A stretch of DNA of 64,000 bases, from positions 444,460 through 508,459 of the forward strand of contig CAYUQB010000001.1 of NCBI GenBank assembly GCA_964446735.1, given 5' to 3'. The notes below the pieces were generated by a model, which was given only the letters and a program-made list of their open reading frames with translations, had not been told where the DNA came from and ran no database searches. Origin of the DNA: an uncultured Candidatus Saccharibacteria bacterium (lineage in GTDB: Bacteria > Patescibacteriota > Minisyncoccia > Phycocordibacterales > Phycocordibacteraceae). This document shows positions 58,222 through 64,000 of the stretch, in pieces (within the stretch, counting starts at the first letter, position 1; each line of letters starts with the position of its first letter). Position numbers and translations under genes: made by a program.

Positions 58222-58548
58222 ATGGAATCTACTTCGACCATTTCTCGCACCGTGATGCGTCGCGTGCATACCATTCATGCCATCCAGCCGCTATTTTCGG
58301 GTACGGCGTTTGCAAGCCTGCTCCTTCTCGTTGCCCTCTGGGGTATTGGAAGGGAAGTATGGGTTGCGCATGTTATCCAAAACATGTCTTCGCTCACCGA
58401 TGTTATCGCTCTCGAGCGATTTATCGTCGCCGCATTCCTCAATACCGGGCTTCTCGTGCAGGCGCTCTCGATTCTCACGCTCGCCGCAGCCGTTTGGCTT
58501 GTGCGGGATGGAGTCCGCTCTCTTGAGTACGCACGTCGTATTGCCTAA
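58222..58548 (+). CDS. Two-TM membrane protein, possible anti-sigma factor
   Basis: 7 nt after the ECF gene; VMRRV followed by two hydrophobic helices. Confidence 0.65.
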   Translation: MESTSTISRTVMRRVHTIHAIQPLFSGTAFASLLLLVALWGIGREVWVAHVIQNMSSLTDVIALERFIVAAFLNTGLLVQALSILTLAAAVWLVRDGVRSLEYARRIA

Positions 58549-58551
58549 CCG

Positions 58552-59607
58552 TTATTCAGCAGCGAGTCGATCCTTGACCTGCTTCAGGATGTCGCTCGCA
58601 ACCTTCGGGTTCTCTCGAAGGAATGTGCGGGTTGCGTCATACCCACGTCCAAGTGGAAGATCTCCGTATTTATAGCTCGAGCCGGATTTCGAGAGGATCT
58701 CGTATTTCTCACCGAGTGCGATGAGCTCACCCTCACGACTAATACCTTCATTGTAGAGAAGGTCGAACTCGGTGGTCTTAAACGGTGCAGCCACTTTATT
58801 CTTCACGACTTTCACGCGTACGCGTCCACCGACAATCTCCTCACCCTTCTTGATCTGCGCAATCCGGCGAATATCAAGGCGTACTGAAGTGTAGAACTTA
58901 AGCGCCTTACCTCCCGGGGTAGTCTCCGGGTTACCGAACATAACTCCGATCTGCATGCGGATCTGATTAATGAAGATGACGATGGTCTTTGACTTGGCGG
59001 TGATGGCAGTGAGCTTACGGAGTGCTTGGCTCATGAGGCGTGCCTGCTTACCGACATGATGCGCTCCCATGTCACCCTCGATCTCGTCCTTCGGGGTCAG
59101 GGCAGCTACCGAGTCCACTACAATGATGTCGACTGATCCCGCGCGTACCAGGGACTCGACGATCTCGAGAGCCTGCTCACCGGTGTCAGGTTGGCTAATG
59201 AGGAGTTCGGAAAGCTTCACCCCAATATTGCGAGCGTAGCCAGGGTCTAGTGCATGCTCAGCGTCGACAAATGCACAGATGCCACCCTTTTTCTGGGCCT
59301 CTGCGATTGCATGCAATGCCAGCGTCGTCTTACCGGAAGACTCAGGACCAAAGATTTCAATAATGCGTCCGCAAGGAAGACCACCAACTCCAAGAGCAGC
59401 ATCAAGCCCGATGGAGCCGGTCGAAATAGCTGGGATGGCCGCAGGTTTGCCGGCGCCGAAGGTCATGATTGCCTCGTCGCCGAACTTTGTCTTGATCTCT
59501 TTGATGGCAAGCTCTATTGACCGAGTTTTGCTGTCAGCACCCCCCTCGTTCGGTTCGTGGGCGGAAGTGGCTTTGGCGGTCTTCTTCGTAGCTTTTTTTG
59601 CAGGCAT
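58552..59607 (-). CDS. recA: Recombinase RecA
   Basis: [41 protein letters not shown]. Confidence 0.98.
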   Translation of the reverse strand: MPAKKATKKTAKATSAHEPNEGGADSKTRSIELAIKEIKTKFGDEAIMTFGAGKPAAIPAISTGSIGLDAALGVGGLPCGRIIEIFGPESSGKTTLALHAIAEAQKKGGICAFVDAEHALDPGYARNIGVKLSELLISQPDTGEQALEIVESLVRAGSVDIIVVDSVAALTPKDEIEGDMGAHHVGKQARLMSQALRKLTAITAKSKTIVIFINQIRMQIGVMFGNPETTPGGKALKFYTSVRLDIRRIAQIKKGEEIVGGRVRVKVVKNKVAAPFKTTEFDLLYNEGISREGELIALGEKYEILSKSGSSYKYGDLPLGRGYDATRTFLRENPKVASDILKQVKDRLAAE

Positions 59608-59621
59608 AACGAGGGCGTTGG

Positions 59622-59945
59622 TTAGGGTACGAATATCATGCGACGTGCGCTTGCGGTCTTCCCGAAGCGATCAGTTGCCGTTAGGGACAGTATAGCGCCC
59701 CCTCGTGGGAGCACGAGAATGGTCTCAAAGCGTCCTGCGGCGTCAATAAGGAGGGGAGCTCCGTTCAGACTGAGTTCCTCAGAGTGGCGGGCTGTGCCTG
59801 AAAGAGTCACAAACCCATCGGTAAAGGCTTGTCCCTCCTGGGGGGAGGTGAGAACGATCTCTGGCCCCGCTATCAGAGGAAACGCCTTATAAATACCGTA
59901 GCTACCGAGCAGCACGAGGATAATGGCGGTTCCAATGCGTAGCAT
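59622..59945 (-). CDS. Small membrane-anchored Ig-like domain protein
   Basis: TM, GP..SP, LSLNG, G.F, ATDRFGK. Confidence 0.7.
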   Translation of the reverse strand: MLRIGTAIILVLLGSYGIYKAFPLIAGPEIVLTSPQEGQAFTDGFVTLSGTARHSEELSLNGAPLLIDAAGRFETILVLPRGGAILSLTATDRFGKTASARRMIFVP

Positions 59946-59947
59946 GA

Positions 59948-62101
59948 CTAGAACTCATCAGTACCGGCCTCAGTAGGAGACTTGATTCGGGCGCTGATGA
60001 CTTCGCGCGGTCGTGAGCCGTCAGCAGGGCCGATCACACCTTTTTGTTCGAGAATATCCATGAGGCGCGCAGCCCGTGAGTAGCCAATCCGCAGTTTACG
60101 CTGTAGATAAGAGGTCGAAGCGCGTCCCGCCTCTTCAACTGCAGCTTTCGCATCGTCGTACATGTCATCATCCGCATCATCGTTGCTATCGAAGCCTCCC
60201 ATGGACATGACGTCGTTTGGTTCATGGCCAGTGCCAGATGCTCCGGCACCCAGATCAAGTGCATCGAGCGAGCCAGCGTTGTGCTTTTTGATGTAATCAA
60301 CCACTTTCTTTACCTCTGTCTCAGCGATGAAGGCGGTTTGGAGGCGGACCGGCTTTTGCATATCAGCCGAGAGGTACAGCATGTCGCCGGCACCAAGGAG
60401 TGATTCGGCACCGGGGCCATCAAGAATGGTCCGGGAATCGATCTGGCTCGCTACTTGAAGTGCCATACGGGTCGGGACGTTTGCCTTAATGAGACCCGTG
60501 ATGACGTTTACCGATGGCCGTTGGGTAGAAAGAACGAGGTGAATACCCACAGCACGTGACATCTGTGCCAGACGGACAATGCTTGCCTCAAGCTCGCGAG
60601 GATACGTTTGCATAATATCGGCGAGCTCATCGATCACGATGACAATGTAGGGCATTGCCTCAGGGATATCGGTTTTCGATTTCTTTTTCGCTGGCTCGAC
60701 CACGGTTTGGTGGTATGACTCAACGTCACGAACACGCTCCTGCTCAAGGATGTTGTAGCGACGGTCCATTTCCTTGGCCGCCCACTTGAGCGCCATGATG
60801 CACTTCTTTGGATCGGTAATGACGGGAGTAAGAAGGTGAGGGATGCCGTTATAAAGCGTAAGCTCGACACGCTTCGGGTCCACCATAATGAAGCGCATCT
60901 GGTTCGGACCGTTTCGGTAGAGGAGGGAAGTGATGAGTGCGTGGATGGCAACCGATTTACCGGACCCAGTCGCACCAGCAACAAGTCCATGGGGCATTTT
61001 CGCTATGTTCACGTAGTGAGGTACACCGGTGATATCTCGACCGATTGCTGCCAGAAGTGGCTTTTTAGAGGCACCCCAATCGGGGGAGGAGAGAACTCCG
61101 CCTAGACCGACTGTCGCTTTCGATGCGTTTGGCACCTCGATTCCAACGAGGGACTTACCAGGAATCGGCGCTTCGATGCGTACGGGATGGGCAGCGAGCG
61201 CGAGTTCCAGGTTATTTTGGAGGCTTACGATCTTATTGAGACGCACTCCCTCAGCTGGCTTTATGGCGTAGCGGGTGACGGTCGGACCAACCGAAACTTC
61301 GTCCATTTCGACCGAAATACCAAAGTTCTGGAATGTGCGCTTAATGATGTTGGCATTTGCTTTGATGTCGCCTACGCCAGGCTTCCCACGATCCTCACCC
61401 AGAAGTGATAGTGGAGGCGGGTGATATTCGGCATCAAAGTTTGCGATTGCGGGAGCTCCTCCGGGTGCCTCGCGGGGCCGGTCAAACATAGTCACTACGG
61501 GCTCACGATCGGTCTGGACCTGCTCAACTTCAGGCTCCTCCACCGGTTCATAAGGAGGCTCCTCTTCTCCTGTCGAGTCCTTTTTCGGCAGGGAAGGGAG
61601 TTTTACATTACCAAGAGTGGATGCGGCTCCGTTAGCGAGTGATGAGAGTGCTCTGGCTATGACAACAATATCGGCTGCCACGATGAGTCCAACCGCAGCA
61701 AGGGCCAAAAGGAGAATGACTGCACCCCACACTCCAAAGAGTTGCGTGGCTGTCTGGCCGGCAAATGCCCCGGCAGCACCACCTAGTGCCGCTGAAGCGA
61801 TCCCAAGCAGGGTCAGGAACGCCACAACAATAAGAGCCAGTCCGATCATGGTGAGCGGTGATAGGAAAGAGCGCTGCAGGGCGAGTCCCGTTCCGGTTCC
61901 AATTAGGATGATCGGTAGAAGAAAAGCGGCCACACCAACCTCCGCGAAGGTCCAAGAGAATATGGCGCTCCCGGCATATCCAGCCAGGCCGAATACCGCA
62001 AGTGCAAGGACAAGGCCAAACGCAATACAAAGGATAGCGGCGGTCCATCGAATGGCCGCCTTGGTATTTTCAGCGTCTCGCTGCTTACGTTTTTTTGCCA
62101 T
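59948..62101 (-). CDS. ftsK: DNA translocase FtsK
   Basis: N-terminal TMs, RIEAPIPGK, AGATGSGKS, DELAD, TQRPS, LQRKLRIGYSRAAR gamma domain. Confidence 0.97.
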   Translation of the reverse strand: MAKKRKQRDAENTKAAIRWTAAILCIAFGLVLALAVFGLAGYAGSAIFSWTFAEVGVAAFLLPIILIGTGTGLALQRSFLSPLTMIGLALIVVAFLTLLGIASAALGGAAGAFAGQTATQLFGVWGAVILLLALAAVGLIVAADIVVIARALSSLANGAASTLGNVKLPSLPKKDSTGEEEPPYEPVEEPEVEQVQTDREPVVTMFDRPREAPGGAPAIANFDAEYHPPPLSLLGEDRGKPGVGDIKANANIIKRTFQNFGISVEMDEVSVGPTVTRYAIKPAEGVRLNKIVSLQNNLELALAAHPVRIEAPIPGKSLVGIEVPNASKATVGLGGVLSSPDWGASKKPLLAAIGRDITGVPHYVNIAKMPHGLVAGATGSGKSVAIHALITSLLYRNGPNQMRFIMVDPKRVELTLYNGIPHLLTPVITDPKKCIMALKWAAKEMDRRYNILEQERVRDVESYHQTVVEPAKKKSKTDIPEAMPYIVIVIDELADIMQTYPRELEASIVRLAQMSRAVGIHLVLSTQRPSVNVITGLIKANVPTRMALQVASQIDSRTILDGPGAESLLGAGDMLYLSADMQKPVRLQTAFIAETEVKKVVDYIKKHNAGSLDALDLGAGASGTGHEPNDVMSMGGFDSNDDADDDMYDDAKAAVEEAGRASTSYLQRKLRIGYSRAARLMDILEQKGVIGPADGSRPREVISARIKSPTEAGTDEF

Positions 62102-62128
62102 CGTTCATTCATTTTATCACCCGTATGT

Positions 62129-62298
62129 GGACAAACACTCCTCATCTAATCGGTAGCCGAGAAAGGTTGCAGGGCACCTCTTACGGACATATACTTGCGG
62201 CACAAAGGACAAAGATTTCATGGACAATAATGGACACAAAAAGGACATTAGACCGATGCAGCAAACCCGTGAAAATAACGGAATTGATACATTTGTCC
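62129..62298. repeat. GGACA repeat cluster 1 (promoter and 5' end of the wHTH gene)
   Basis: GGACA at 62129, 62185, 62207, 62222, 62232, 62243; inverted TGTCC at 62294. Confidence 0.7.
62167..62195 (+). promoter_or_regulatory. sigma70-type promoter of the wHTH gene
   Basis: TTGCAG (62167-62172), 17 nt spacer, TATACT (62190-62195). Confidence 0.65.
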
Positions 62299-62990
62299 TA
62301 GAGAAAGATATATTTTCAAACGTATTTGATAAAGACATAAAACGAGTTTACATATACAAGAAGGCTGAACGTCTGGCGAAAGCCATTCACCTTATTGGGC
62401 CGGCATTTCGTTCCTCACCCTCACTTTTCGCTCGTGTGGACTCTATAGCCATTGGTCTGGTGGACGCGGCGACCCTCCCACCCACAACCTGCCGCGAGGC
62501 ACTCTCACGTGAACTACTTGCACTCTCGAGTGTGCTCGCGATTGCTCGAAGCAGTGGTCTACTTTCTCCAATGAACACCGATCTGATTTCACGAGAGGCT
62601 CATGCACTTTTGTCAGAAGTTGCTGGTTACGAGGAACCGCAACTGCGCATTGAGGATGTCCCGACCCTCGCGTCACTTTTCAAAGTAGCGGCAAGTACTC
62701 CCGCAACGCTTGCCGACCCAGCAAGACACGCACAGAAATCTAAAGGACATATAAAGGACACAAAAGGACAGCAGCTCGGAGAAGATAGGTCCGGAAGGCG
62801 TGATGCCATACTTTCAGTTCTAAGAGCAAAGGGTGCTTCCTATATAAAGGATATTTCGACGGTTGTTCGAGACATCGGCGAAAAGACTATCCAGCGCGAG
62901 CTCTCACAGCTAGTTGCTGATGGTCTGGTTGAACGGTCTGGTGAACGTCGTTGGACACGCTACAGCCTGGTCAGCGGAGGGAGCCTCTAA
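62220..62990 (+). CDS. Four-helix-bundle plus C-terminal winged-HTH DNA-binding protein
   Basis: YKKAERLAKAIHLI helical N-domain; RRDAILSVL..IKDI..EKTIQREL..LV..G.V.RSGERRWTRY DeoR-like wHTH. Confidence 0.8.
   Translation: MDNNGHKKDIRPMQQTRENNGIDTFVLEKDIFSNVFDKDIKRVYIYKKAERLAKAIHLIGPAFRSSPSLFARVDSIAIGLVDAATLPPTTCREALSRELLALSSVLAIARSSGLLSPMNTDLISREAHALLSEVAGYEEPQLRIEDVPTLASLFKVAASTPATLADPARHAQKSKGHIKDTKGQQLGEDRSGRRDAILSVLRAKGASYIKDISTVVRDIGEKTIQRELSQLVADGLVERSGERRWTRYSLVSGGSL
62741..62770 (+). repeat. AAAGGACA triple repeat inside the wHTH gene
   Basis: taaaggacat-ataaaggaca-caaaaggaca; GGACA at 62745, 62756, 62766. Confidence 0.75.
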
Positions 62991-63068
62991 AGAGTGAAGG
63001 GTTCATTGACGAACGGTCGCGTTTAGGCTACTGTTTGCTTGTGATGACTCGGGGAGTCGGGAACACAT

Positions 63069-63102
63069 AAGAAGGCCACCGCGGTTTCGCGGCGGCCTTC
63101 TT
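63069..63102. terminator. Terminator-like hairpin
   Basis: aagaaggccaccgcg-gttt-cgcggcggccttctt. Confidence 0.7.
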
Positions 63103-63119
63103 CGTGTCCGGATTTTCGG

Positions 63120-63128
63120 TTATCCACA
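63120..63128 (+). promoter_or_regulatory. Perfect DnaA box
   Basis: TTATCCACA, 33 nt upstream of TATACT (63162-63167). Confidence 0.5.
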
Positions 63129-63173
63129 TTGGTTTTAGCGGGTTTTTTGCTAATCGTTCGCTATACTGCCTAC

Positions 63174-63556
63174 CATAGGCTGATACGAACTGGGGCGATT
63201 ACCCGAACGACCGATCGTTGACAAGCGAATAGGGCTTGTAAAAATCTGCCGCGCTGTAAGAAGGCGCAGGCAGTGCCGTCACCGGCTACGGTGGCGGTTC
63301 GGAAACGGTTGACATGATACTGATGACGGATGATTTCGGAATGAAATAAATCTTTGCCAACTAGCCGATGGGACGCGCGTCGATATTGCGCCCTGTCGGG
63401 TAGTGTGAAAGGGAAGTGCGAACTATGAACGCGATGCATTAGATCTACGGATCCGTGTCGCGCGATTACCAAAATATGAATGGGAGCGTGTGGGGAAGCA
63501 CCATTACTAGACGCGGCCCCCCGCGCCTCAGAAAATTAATTAGAAAACAATCTTAT
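63174..63556 (+). ncRNA. Long structured 5' leader or ncRNA upstream of the surface-protein gene
   Basis: At least 6 consecutive hairpins, including gccgtcaccg-gcta-cggtggcggt and gatc-tacg-gatc; no credible ORF. Confidence 0.5.
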
Positions 63557-64000
63557 ATGTCTATTGCACAGACCAATACGATCGCCAAGGTCGCGGCAGT
63601 TGTCGCCGGCCTCGGACTCGTTGCGATGTCGTTTGTTGCCGCCGCTCCGGCGAAGGCAGCTACCACGTTCATGACTGACCTTACGGTTGGTTCGACGGGT
63701 GCCGATGTTACGGCACTTCAGACGTGGCTCATCGCTAAGGGCTACAGCATCCCAGCAGGTGCCACTGGATACTTCGGTATGCAGACTAAGGCAGCTGTTG
63801 CTGCATACCAGACCGCGAAGGGCATTGCCCCGACCGCTGGTTACTTCGGTCCTAAGACCCGTGCTTCGGTTAACGCTGACGGCGGCACCACTGGTGGTAC
63901 TACCGGCGGCACGACCGGCGGCACTCTCTCTGGCGCAGGACGTCTTACCGACGTCGGCGATGCAGGCGATGTCGAGAGCGATCTCGATGAGGGTGATGAG
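63557..64000 (+). CDS. Secreted peptidoglycan-binding-domain surface (S-layer-like) protein, truncated by window edge
   Basis: Manual translation: signal peptide ..APAKA, LTVGSTGADVTALQTWL..TGYFG..TKAAVAAYQ..GYFGPKTRA, GGTT linker. Confidence 0.88.
   Translation, partial: MSIAQTNTIAKVAAVVAGLGLVAMSFVAAAPAKAATTFMTDLTVGSTGADVTALQTWLIAKGYSIPAGATGYFGMQTKAAVAAYQTAKGIAPTAGYFGPKTRASVNADGGTTGGTTGGTTGGTLSGAGRLTDVGDAGDVESDLDEGDE

Noticed and set aside
62220-62990. Diversity-generating retroelement suggested by the Avd-like N-domain
   Set aside because: No reverse transcriptase and no TR/VR pair seen in the window
63880-63925. 12-bp GGCGGCACNACN-type tandem repeat
   Set aside because: In-frame GGTT peptide linker of the surface protein
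1-64000. CRISPR array, cas genes, transposases, integrases or prophage
   Set aside because: No repeat-spacer periodicity and no ORF with recognisable motifs for these

Overview
Origin-proximal 64 kb of a compact Candidate Phyla Radiation (Patescibacteria, probably Parcubacteria) chromosome using the standard genetic code. It runs from the dnaA C-terminus, oriC and dnaN through dense housekeeping genes: ruvABC, polA, recO, recA, ftsK, type IV pilus pilB and pilMNO, argS/ileS/glyQS/metG, ribosomal proteins and 9 tRNAs. Most core genes look leaderless, with a TANNNT -10 box 5-9 nt before the start codon. No CRISPR array, transposase or integrase was seen. The most notable items are: (1) a four-helix-bundle/winged-HTH gene beside ftsK, with helically phased GGACA repeats in its promoter and ORF; (2) an 8-gene folate/thymidylate module with two CofE-like ligases and a CYTH protein; (3) a sugar cluster with an FAD-oxidoreductase-NeuB fusion; (4) an IleRS with an inserted histidine-phosphatase domain and a GVHH motif; (5) a 6S-like RNA and a ~380-nt structured leader; (6) scattered GC-rich ORFan cassettes with Shine-Dalgarno sites. 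All calls come from reading the sequence by eye; no searches or folding programs were run.
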